DNA of 64,000 nt from a virus (lineage: Duplodnaviria > Caudoviricetes): positions 1 through 64,000 of IMG/VR virus record IMGVR_UViG_2802429733_000002, one strand, 5' to 3'. Below the pieces are notes generated by a model. It did not search any database. It was not told the DNA's origin and saw only the letters and a list, made by a program, of their open reading frames with translations. A program made the translations under genes and the position numbers. Shown here in pieces: positions 56,756 through 64,000 of the stretch (positions are counted from its first letter, which is position 1; each line of letters begins with the position of its first letter).

Positions 56756-57133
56756 CTCGACCTCCAACTGAGCCCTCATTTATCCGGGCCGAGTATCGCG
56801 ATTTGACCATCCTGGCGAGCCCCGTCAATCCCTACGCGCTGTTCTTGTACAACAACCTGTCTGATTGAATTTGGTATAGGCCGAGAAAAATTCTGCAAAT
56901 GGCCCCCGATGCGGTCGCTAGCCCCCTGATCTCCTAGACTTTTGCCTCCCCCTCCCCCTTTTCTTTTTTGCTTTTGCTTTCGTTTTTCTATTGACGACTC
57001 TGCATTGGCGGACACATATAGCCGTCATGAGGCGCGGCGATGGGGCGGGCGCCTTGGGGAGGATCGGAGGGGAGAGGACGAAGGGAGGCGAGCGCAGCGC
57101 CTTGATGCTCTGAGGAGCTTCACACGGTGCGCT

Positions 57134-57168
57134 TGACCAGCGGACCCCGTGACCGCCGTACGCGGTCG
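57134..57168 (+). promoter_or_regulatory. Putative promoter -35 with overlapping inverted repeat (operator)
   Basis: TTGACC at 57134; GACCGC-CGTAC-GCGGTC at 57152-57168. Confidence 0.35.
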
Positions 57169-57189
57169 GATACGGCCCAACCCGGAGTG

Positions 57190-57291
57190 ATGGCCATGGT
57201 CATGGTCACGTTGCGGGTCACCAAGAAAGGAAAGGACCGCTGGAGTGTTACGCTCCGAGCGGTCCTGACCTGGCTACCTTGGATGACCTAG
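57190..57291 (+). CDS. 33-aa basic/hydrophobic small ORF followed by a strong hairpin
   Basis: GGAG RBS; MAMVMVTLRVTKKGKDRWSVTLRAVLTWLPWMT; hairpin tggtggtcggg-ctgcaa-ccc(c)ggccacca at ~57306-57334. Confidence 0.45.
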   Translation: MAMVMVTLRVTKKGKDRWSVTLRAVLTWLPWMT

Positions 57292-57439
57292 CCGCTTAGC
57301 GCGGCGTGGTGGTCGGGCTGCAACCCCGGCCACCATCACTCCGGAGAATATAGCGGGCCGCACGCATTGCGGCAAGCGGCTCGGGGCGGCGCGCCAACGC
57401 CGATCCCGAGCCTGACCTAGACACGATGGAGCGACCATC

Positions 57440-58036
57440 ATGACCAAGGCTGAGATCACCACTACCACGACGCGTGAGGATGCAGAACGCAAGATGCAGC
57501 GTCAGGCGGACGTGCTCGTCCAACGTGAAGTGCTCGTCTGCATGTCGAGCCTCGTGGCCACGCTTGCGCAGGGCTTCGGCTTCATCAATCCCGATGGCGG
57601 GCCTGTCCGCCGGGAGCTTTCTGCCCTCGCCGAACAGGCAGCGGAACTCGCCTCACCCATCGCTGACTACGAAGAGGCGGCGCGCAACGCCGGATGGAGC
57701 GTCATAGGCGGCGACTTCGAAAACATGTCGCTTGCGAGCACCGTTGACCATCCGGAAGACGCCGTCGCTACGGCCAGCCCGGGCGACGCCTGCGGATGGG
57801 AGGACCTCTGCGAAGAGTTTGGCCTCGATGCCTACGAAAGCGAGGTGTTCGAGCACTGGTCCGTGACCGAATGGCTCGCCGGCAAGCTGGAGGAGCAAGG
57901 CGAGAAAGTCGACCGCGACTTCGCTGGCCTCTGCATTTGGGCTCGCACCACGACCGGGCAGGCGATCGGCATGGACGGGTGCATCCGCGCTATCGTCCAG
58001 GCGACCGACTATGCCTCCGCGGAGGCCGCCGCGTGA
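57440..58036 (+). CDS. Conserved-looking hypothetical phage protein
   Basis: REVLVCMSSLV...EVFEHWSVTEWLAGKLEEQGEKV...WARTTTGQAIGMD; RBS GGAG. Confidence 0.7.
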   Translation: MTKAEITTTTTREDAERKMQRQADVLVQREVLVCMSSLVATLAQGFGFINPDGGPVRRELSALAEQAAELASPIADYEEAARNAGWSVIGGDFENMSLASTVDHPEDAVATASPGDACGWEDLCEEFGLDAYESEVFEHWSVTEWLAGKLEEQGEKVDRDFAGLCIWARTTTGQAIGMDGCIRAIVQATDYASAEAAA

Positions 58037-58164
58037 TGCCCGCCGCTCTCCATGGGCCGGATTGCGCCGGCCCTCGCTTCCCGCTCGGCGACGTGCTCGC
58101 CGCTTTCGTCCTCGTCTACGGTGGAGCCTTCATGATCGGCTTCGCCACGCTCATGGGAGGGTGA
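58036..58164 (+). CDS. Small membrane peptide
   Basis: TGATG coupling; hydrophobic C-terminal half. Confidence 0.4.
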   Translation: MPAALHGPDCAGPRFPLGDVLAAFVLVYGGAFMIGFATLMGG

Positions 58165-58168
58165 GGCT

Positions 58169-58360
58169 ATGGACCACGATGTTTCGAACTGGCGTTGGGC
58201 ACCGTTCCGGATCGCGGGCAAGCGCGTGCGGATCGGGAACGATGCGGATGGCTGGACGCATCTCGCAATCGGCAAGTGGTGCCGGGTCTCGCATCGGTCG
58301 CGCGATGGTGCGATTCGCACTGCTCGGCTGATGCTCGAAGGGGCAACCGCCTCAGCCTGA
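58169..58360 (+). CDS. Small hypothetical protein
   Basis: GAGG RBS, 63 aa, co-oriented. Confidence 0.5.
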   Translation: MDHDVSNWRWAPFRIAGKRVRIGNDADGWTHLAIGKWCRVSHRSRDGAIRTARLMLEGATASA

Positions 58361-58508
58361 CGCGACCCGAGGGCGCCAGCCCGGCGCCTTCCAGCCGCTT
58401 CATGCGGGCCGGCCGATAGCCGGCTGATTCCGACAATCCCGAGACGATGAAGGCCGCGCGTCCCGCGATGGCCAACGGGCGAGCGCGCCCGAACGAAGGA
58501 CCACGACC

Positions 58509-59100
58509 ATGGCCTATGTCGATTCCGTGGAAGCATCTGCGACGGCGCCGCGCGAGCCGGTGGACGCGTTCGGCCCGATCTATCCCGCTCTCAACGCGAC
58601 GGTGGCAAAGGGCCGGCGGGTTGCCGATCCGACACGGGAGCAGCGGCGCGCGCATGGCGAGGCCGTCGGCGCGGCGATTCGCGAACTGCAGCGGCGCGAG
58701 CTGCAGCGTGAGGCGCCTCCGCATCGGTGCCCGTGCGCTAGCGGCACCTGGCATTCGGGCGATGACCTGACGAAGGCGATTCGTCGCCAGCATGACGCGG
58801 CGCTGCAAGCCCAGGCGAAGGCGGACCGGGCACGGCGGACCGATGCACAGGTGATGGCGCAGTATGAGGCGGCCATGGCGGAGCGGCGCGCCCAGGAAGC
58901 GGCGCTCGCGGCGGGCGGGGGTCGTATAGCGGAATCGGAGGCCGCCCGTCCTGTGAAGTCGAGCGCCCGCGGGCGGGATCCCATGGAAGCCGCCGTGATG
59001 AAGGCGGATCCCGCATTGCTGCGGGATGTCCTGCGGCGGGAGCCCGCCGGCCGCCTTCGTGATCTCGCCGCGGCGCGCCTGGTCGAACTCGAGGCGGGGC
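58509..59100 (+). CDS. Hypothetical protein, N-terminal part of a long open frame; true end uncertain
   Basis: AGGA RBS and helical N-terminus; downstream part of the frame is low-complexity and overlaps minus-strand ORFs. Confidence 0.3.
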
Positions 59101-59459
59101 CCGGTCCTGTAGCGGCATCGGATGAGCCCGCGCCGGCCCTACAGGTTGGGCGGGAGAATCGAAATGGCTCTGTAGCGGCGGGCGATGCCTCGGATGCGGC
59201 TCCTCGCGGAACGATTGAGAAAGCGGAGGACGACGGCTCGCTCGTCTCGGCCCCGATGCTCGTCCGCGACCCCGTATGCCCGCCAGCAACGTCCGGAGAG
59301 GCATGCGTGGCCGATATGGGGATTCCCATAACGGGCGAAGCCGCAGCGGCCGCGCTCGACGACGCGGAGTGCCGGGAAGGCCCCGATAGCCCTGTACGGG
59401 CGTCTGAAGGCGTCCGGCGCCTTGGCGAGGCCGGAGGGTCCTGTACGGTCGTGTCAGGA

Positions 59460-59657
59460 TCAGGCGGACCAAACGATCGTCGGTCGGGCCTCGCCGATGC
59501 GATCCGAATGCCGAGCGATCCAGTCGCGCGCGGCCTGGCGCGCCTTGGGCTGGGTTTCGCGAGAGACGTGCAGGTTGGGGATGCTCGGGCAGGTGTAGAC
59601 GTGCTGGTCGCCTTCCTGGGCGTGGACGAGCCGGACCTTTGGCGCTCCGGGCTGCAT
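59460..59657 (-). CDS. Small hypothetical protein
   Basis: Follows 59667..59921 by 10 nt. Confidence 0.35.
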   Translation of the reverse strand: MQPGAPKVRLVHAQEGDQHVYTCPSIPNLHVSRETQPKARQAARDWIARHSDRIGEARPTIVWSA

Positions 59658-59666
59658 ACGGCCGCC

Positions 59667-59921
59667 TCAGGCCTCTCGCTGCCAGCGGGCATGCTCTCCG
59701 CACCATCCGGAGACCCGCAGGATCGCCGTCATCGCCTTCAGCTTCGCGGACTCCCGACTCCATGCGACCTCGAGCAGCCAATCCGCGTCCGGGCTCGTCG
59801 CGACGGTGCGGCCGTCAGGGAGAGGATTGAAGACCAGCCGGATCGTGCCGCGCTGGCGGATGGCGAGCGCCGCCGCTTCCTGCGCGTCGCGGACGATGAC
59901 CGAGGGATCGAGGGCGCTCAT
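59667..59921 (-). CDS. Small hypothetical protein
   Basis: 84 aa, GAGG RBS. Confidence 0.5.
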   Translation of the reverse strand: MSALDPSVIVRDAQEAAALAIRQRGTIRLVFNPLPDGRTVATSPDADWLLEVAWSRESAKLKAMTAILRVSGWCGEHARWQREA

Positions 59922-60010
59922 GGCCTCGCACTCTATCAGGGCTGGCCGCCTTGGATAGACCGTCCTGTAGGGGCGTGGTGTAGTGGTGAGATCGATCGCG
60001 GGAGGGCGCA

Positions 60011-60409
60011 GTGTTCGGAAGACTGAAGCAGCGGTGGGCAGAGGCGAGAGGGGACGTCTTGCTCAAGGAAGTTGACGACGCCATACAGCGCGTGTCCAGG
60101 TTCCCGCCGCCCCTGCGACACTTCGCATCGACTGCTTTCCATGGCGCACTTGGGGATCTCACGAGCGGTAACGGCCCGGTGCGAACCTGGCATCCGGATA
60201 TGAGGAAGCAAGCCGCCACGGAACTCAATCGGGCATCGCGACAGCTCTTTCGCAGCGCCACCGACAACGCTATCGGCGAGGCCTCAGTCGCCAGCTCTTG
60301 CGGCGGGGCGATATTGTCTCGCTACTTCGAAGCTCTAGACCTGCCCGGCACCCAGGCAGCAGACGCGGTTAAGATGATTGAATCCTGGGCCGAGATCGAG
60401 GGTTCGTAG
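60011..60409 (+). CDS. Hypothetical protein
   Basis: GTG start with GGAGG RBS; 132 aa. Confidence 0.5.
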   Translation: MFGRLKQRWAEARGDVLLKEVDDAIQRVSRFPPPLRHFASTAFHGALGDLTSGNGPVRTWHPDMRKQAATELNRASRQLFRSATDNAIGEASVASSCGGAILSRYFEALDLPGTQAADAVKMIESWAEIEGS

Positions 60410-60578
60410 ATCCCCCGGGCGCTGAGCCTCGCTTGGCCTGCACTGCCCGTGACCCACACACGCTGCACACGAGCCGCTTCGTCAGCCGGACGAGCGGCGG
60501 ATCGTCGGGGTGCACCTCCCGCGTCGCCGTATGGCCACACCGAAGGCAGGTGATAATCGTAACGGGGCGGTCTGCCAT
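60369..60578 (-). CDS. Small zinc-ribbon protein
   Basis: CLRC...CSVC. Confidence 0.55.
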   Translation of the reverse strand: MADRPVTIITCLRCGHTATREVHPDDPPLVRLTKRLVCSVCGSRAVQAKRGSAPGGSTNPRSRPRIQSS

Positions 60579-60625
60579 AACCGTCCTATAGTGGTGATTG
60601 AAGGTGAAGGGGTCGTGTAGGGGCG

Positions 60626-61306
60626 CTATCTGCGTCCGGCCTGTTGTGCGGCCGCATCAATCCAGCGGCCGATGTTCGCCGCGCCCGCGTTCCTCCAGTC
60701 GTACTCCATTGCGAAGCTGCTAAGCTCCATGATCTGGCCCCGACCCGGCGCCCGGATGTAGCGCGGCACACTGACAGGATCTCGGTGCCGCGCATATTGA
60801 ACCCAGTTTCCGGCTACGCCTTCTCTCTCGCAGAGATAGAAGCGACCGCCCGCTTCATAAATACCCATATACCAGAGCGGGTTTGGTCCATTTCCGTCGG
60901 GGCTCCTGCGAGCGTGGTGATTGATCCCATTGATGTGAACCACGAGCAGCCCCTTATTGTTTATGACGCTGCGCGCGATCTCATATCGCACCCATGGCCG
61001 CTCCCATGTCATCGATCCTGCCAGTACGCAGACGACCGAGGTGTTCTTCACCCCTTGCCGGATCATTTGGCGAAGGGCCTCCTCGCCTTCCAGCTTCTTC
61101 TTCTCCCACAAGGACGCGTCGTAAAACTCGATCCCCCGGCCTCCGCCGCCTAGTATGGTGCCGCTGAATTCTTGACACATGCGAACATTGTTGACGCGCA
61201 TGATGTCGGCGTAATGGAACGAGAAGAACACCCTTCGGTTCTTTAAGATTCCTAGACCACTCATGCCGCCGTAGATCAGCGGATTGCCGCCGAACGGCCT
61301 ACCCAC
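60626..61306 (-). CDS. TIR domain protein (ThsB/MTH538/DUF1863-like); alternative start ATG 61264
   Basis: RRVFFSFHY, YDASLWE, TSVVCVLAG..T..RPWVRYEI (catalytic Glu), KGLLVVHI. Confidence 0.9.
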   Translation of the reverse strand: MGRPFGGNPLIYGGMSGLGILKNRRVFFSFHYADIMRVNNVRMCQEFSGTILGGGGRGIEFYDASLWEKKKLEGEEALRQMIRQGVKNTSVVCVLAGSMTWERPWVRYEIARSVINNKGLLVVHINGINHHARRSPDGNGPNPLWYMGIYEAGGRFYLCEREGVAGNWVQYARHRDPVSVPRYIRAPGRGQIMELSSFAMEYDWRNAGAANIGRWIDAAAQQAGRR

Positions 61307-61733
61307 AGAACTGCCTCCTCGCCACGATAAAGAACAGCGCCAGCAACAGAGCTATGCAGCCGTAGAAATTCAGAATCGACCAGCTGCAGCAAGTCCGCCA
61401 GAACCCGATAGGCTCGCCCTTCGAAGGGTCGATAGTGAAGTCGGGCACCGCCGACCATGGTTCCGAAGCGGCCGATCGATAGAGGCCGCGGAAACGCTTC
61501 TCCATCCGCAGGTACTGCGCGTCGAGGAGCGCGAACCCCAGGATCGGGAGGAAGCCGACGAGGAGCACCAACGGCGCCTTGAGGGTGAGCGCGGCGCCAA
61601 CGACCGCCGTGAGAACGGTCATGCAGAAGGTCTTCAAGCTGGCGCTATACGACGCCATGCGCGCGATGCTTCCGGTAAGCAGTTCGAGCCGCTTCACGCG
61701 CAGATCGGCGATCTTGTCTTCGGAAATGCCCAT
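61299..61733 (-). CDS. Small multi-TM membrane protein, TIR-associated
   Basis: LELLTGSIARMASYSASLKTF, TM1-TM2, LDAQYLRMEKRFRGLY, C-terminal TM; overlaps the TIR start. Confidence 0.8.
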   Translation of the reverse strand: MGISEDKIADLRVKRLELLTGSIARMASYSASLKTFCMTVLTAVVGAALTLKAPLVLLVGFLPILGFALLDAQYLRMEKRFRGLYRSAASEPWSAVPDFTIDPSKGEPIGFWRTCCSWSILNFYGCIALLLALFFIVARRQFCG

Positions 61734-61804
61734 TGCCCGATGGGACCACCGTCGACCGCCGAACTCAAGAGGCTGTATCGTTGACTCCCACATTCATTTC
61801 ATGA

Positions 61805-61819
61805 GAACAAAATGCGAAC
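61805..61819. promoter_or_regulatory. Alphaproteobacterial LexA (SOS) box
   Basis: GAAC-AAAATGC-GAAC is an exact GAAC-N7-GAAC, 72 bp upstream of the TM-TIR operon; TTGACT at 61781 on plus strand. Confidence 0.75.
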
Positions 61820-61979
61820 TTAAATCGGGAGAGCCCCTAATGCTGGTCCTGGCCACGGATGGCGGCAAGCGCGTACCCAAGACCGTCGCGCTCGATGGAA
61901 TGCCTCGCCCGTCGAGAGATCGTCGCGGGTGCATGGGCGTAGGATCCGAAGGCGACCTATGCTGTGAACTGAGAGGCCT

Positions 61980-63464
61980 TCATAGCGAATCGGGAAACTG
62001 AGTTGACGCGCTGGCGTCGATCGAAGCCAGCAGAGCACTCCTTCTCGCCTGGGTCTCGCGGTAGTCCTGTGCTTCGACATCTCGATGAAAAGTGGCGCTG
62101 GGCGCTAGGCGCTTGAGAGCAGCCTCGACCTCATCGATGCTGGCGCGGAAGAACTCCTTTCGATAGTTCATCGCATTGATGCGCGTCGCATCGAACTCGG
62201 CATGGAGCGCCCTCTCGAGGGTTGGCGCGTCGTCGCTATAGATCATAGCGTGGGTGTCGAAAATGAACGGCACGCTCGCATCCCCGAGTTCTCGCACCCG
62301 GTCTAGCGGATCAAGTCGCCGCGTGAGACCAATCTTCACAACGCCGTCGCCGAATGATCCCACGTTGGAAATCACATAGACCCATCCAGACCGAGTCTTC
62401 TCCGCCATCGCCTGCGCGCGAGCCAGTTTGGAATGCGCGGCGGCAAGGTCTCGTTCCAAGATTGCGATCTGCTCGTTGAACGCCGCAAGGTGAGGGCCAG
62501 CGATGCTGTTCGCTTCCGCCTTGGCCTTGTCGAGAAGGCGCTGGTATCTCGCCTCTTCCTCCTCGGCGGCCTCTAGGTCGCGAAGCAGCTTCTGCTCTTC
62601 ACGTGCTAGGCGGGCCTGCTCTGCGCGTTCCTCACGCTCAGCTCTTTGCTTCTCCCGCATTTCGTGCGTCAAGTATAGCTCACGTAGTTTCAGTTCCGCG
62701 TACTCTCGGCTGATCACCACCTGTTGCGACTCGTTCATTATGTCGATCTTGTTCTTGGCGGCCAGAATTCGGCTCTCCATTGCATTCACGTTGTTCCATC
62801 GCACATTTGCCACTGCAGCGTCGGCCTCGCCGTTGAACGCTCGCAGTGTAAGGCGGATCGTCCGGTTTATGAGTGTTTGGCCCTTCGCCAAGCTGCCGTC
62901 GACATAAATCTTCGCTTTGGAAACGACGGCGGTCTTCTCGTTCGCCATCATTTTCTGATGGGCGCGCGCAACGGACACCTCTTTCTTGTACGCTTCGCTG
63001 TCCTCGAATTCAAAATGCGGCTCGTAGACACCAAGCTCAGCGAACGCGAGTCGCTCGTCATAAATGGCGACCTCGGCAACCAAGCTGTCGAACGTTGTCT
63101 TCTTCTCAGAGTATGCGCTCTTCAGCGATTCGATCTGCTTGAGGCGCGTAATTATCTCTGATCGCAGATTGGCAAGCTCATCCTCAATGGAATAGATCGG
63201 TTCAAGTTTTTCCTCCAATTCGACATTTCTTCGCTCAACCTCTGCAAGTGCCTTCAGCAGATCTGACTTCTGGGTATCCAGATCGGATGCTGAAGTAGCG
63301 CGTTGCTCGTCGAGCTCTCGGCTGTGCAGAGCGGCTTCGAATGCCCTGAGCTGTCGCTCCTCCGCAAGCTTCCGACGGACGTGGATCAGGAACAGCACGA
63401 GCGCCACGCACGCGCAGATCAAAGATGCCGCCCCCGCGATAGCGATTATGACCAGACTCTCCAA
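61980..63464 (-). CDS. TM - coiled coil - DUF4041 - T5orf172/MUG113 GIY-YIG-like nuclease (PD-lambda-1/SNIPE-like)
   Basis: TTG start after GGAGG; N-terminal TM; LRAFNGEAD..V..V.WNN, LKLRELYLTHE; GWVYVISNVGSFG.GVVKIGLTRRLDPLDRVRELGDASVPF.FD.HA...KEFFR. Confidence 0.88.
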   Translation of the reverse strand: MESLVIIAIAGAASLICACVALVLFLIHVRRKLAEERQLRAFEAALHSRELDEQRATSASDLDTQKSDLLKALAEVERRNVELEEKLEPIYSIEDELANLRSEIITRLKQIESLKSAYSEKKTTFDSLVAEVAIYDERLAFAELGVYEPHFEFEDSEAYKKEVSVARAHQKMMANEKTAVVSKAKIYVDGSLAKGQTLINRTIRLTLRAFNGEADAAVANVRWNNVNAMESRILAAKNKIDIMNESQQVVISREYAELKLRELYLTHEMREKQRAEREERAEQARLAREEQKLLRDLEAAEEEEARYQRLLDKAKAEANSIAGPHLAAFNEQIAILERDLAAAHSKLARAQAMAEKTRSGWVYVISNVGSFGDGVVKIGLTRRLDPLDRVRELGDASVPFIFDTHAMIYSDDAPTLERALHAEFDATRINAMNYRKEFFRASIDEVEAALKRLAPSATFHRDVEAQDYRETQARRSALLASIDASASTQFPDSL

Positions 63465-63591
63465 GGCACCCTCCCGCACGTGCACAGTCAGTTCGGTAAA
63501 GCGGAGCTGTCAATCGCAGCCTTGGGTAAATCTGCCGCTATCAGGCGGCCTTCTCCGTTTTCGTGAGTTCGGTGCTGCCGCCGTCGCGCTT

Positions 63592-63999
63592 TCAGCGAAT
63601 GGTGGGATAGTGGCCGAGAGCGCGTTCGTCATGCTCGACGTCAGCGATCGACCGGCTGACAAACCGACGCGCGAGCAGGCCGGGAATGCCTGGGCTCAAC
63701 TCCACCCCGGCGAGAACTAGACCCTGCACGCAGCCTCCATCTCGGGTCGGCATATCGACCACCTTCACAACCGAGTAGAACGCGCCCTTCACTAGCGGGG
63801 GGGTGGCTGAGGCAGCTTGGGGATCGACGCATTTCACGCGCTGGCCTTTGTAGAATACCGGCTTGCCCTTCGCCTTCCTGGGCCGCTTGATCCCAAGTAT
63901 GTCGCAGACGTCGTCGAGGGCGGCGGCGAAGTACCGTCCGGCCTGTCCTTCAGTGCAGCCGATCTCCCGTCCGATGAAGTCGAAGCGCTTGTCCTCGAT
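63592..63999 (-). CDS. Partial phage regulator-like protein (3' part; 5' end outside window)
   Basis: Open frame from 63999: IEDKRFDFIGREIG...GRYFAAALDDVCD (HTH/antiterminator-like) continuing to stop at 63592. Confidence 0.5.
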   Translation of the reverse strand: MEDKRFDFIGREIGCTEGQAGRYFAAALDDVCDILGIKRPRKAKGKPVFYKGQRVKCVDPQAASATPPLVKGAFYSVVKVVDMPTRDGGCVQGLVLAGVELSPGIPGLLARRFVSRSIADVEHDERALGHYPTIR

Positions 64000-64000
64000 G

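Larger units (their letters stand above)
18800..64000. mobile_element. HK97-like siphoviral prophage (right end outside window; left junction approximate)
   Basis: Complete head-tail-lysis module on minus strand, early accessory operon, tRNAs, HU; integrase and repressor not in window. Confidence 0.9.

Noticed and set aside
56776-57015. 79-aa K/G-rich ORF upstream of HU
   Set aside because: Arises from T/C homopolymer tracts in a likely regulatory intergenic region; no RBS or motif.
58509-60026. 505-aa ORF as a single real protein
   Set aside because: C-terminal half is low-complexity and overlaps more plausible minus-strand genes; only the N-terminal part kept, at low confidence.
1-64000. 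CRISPR arrays, IS transposases, reverse transcriptase/DGR, rRNA
   Set aside because: No regularly spaced repeats with unique spacers, no DDE or YADD motifs and no TR/VR pair seen; the repeats found are coding or iteron-type.

Overview
High-GC alphaproteobacterial (Hyphomicrobiales/Methylobacteriaceae-like) DNA that is almost entirely mobile. (1) Positions 1 to ~18150 are the right part of a PICI/satellite-like island ending at the 3' end of tRNA-Pro(CGG). It carries two HTH excisionase-type genes, a Prim-Pol primase/helicase, an iteron plus AT-rich origin, a lone small terminase, a 2310-aa polyvalent virion-type protein (SLT-like, ParB-like, HExxH peptidase, PLxRFG), AT-richer cargo (DUF4238-like, RxxxxH/HEPN-like, GNAT) and an integrase remnant. 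(2) A ~600-bp host islet holds tRNA-Pro(CGG), an ETC complex I subunit gene and tRNA-Pro(TGG). (3) From ~18800 to beyond 64000 lies an HK97-like siphoviral prophage. It has an early accessory operon including a Thg1-like 3'-5' polymerase, a LexA-box/SRAP locus, lysis, tail and head modules (protease-capsid fusion, portal placed after capsid, collagen fibre) and three tRNAs followed by ~740 nt of heavily base-paired non-coding sequence (candidate GOLLD-like large RNA). It ends with HU and a defence-like cluster: a small multi-TM protein plus ThsB-like TIR operon next to a perfect LexA box, and a DUF4041/T5orf172 (PD-lambda-1/SNIPE-like) nuclease. All family assignments come from motifs recognised by eye; no searches were run.
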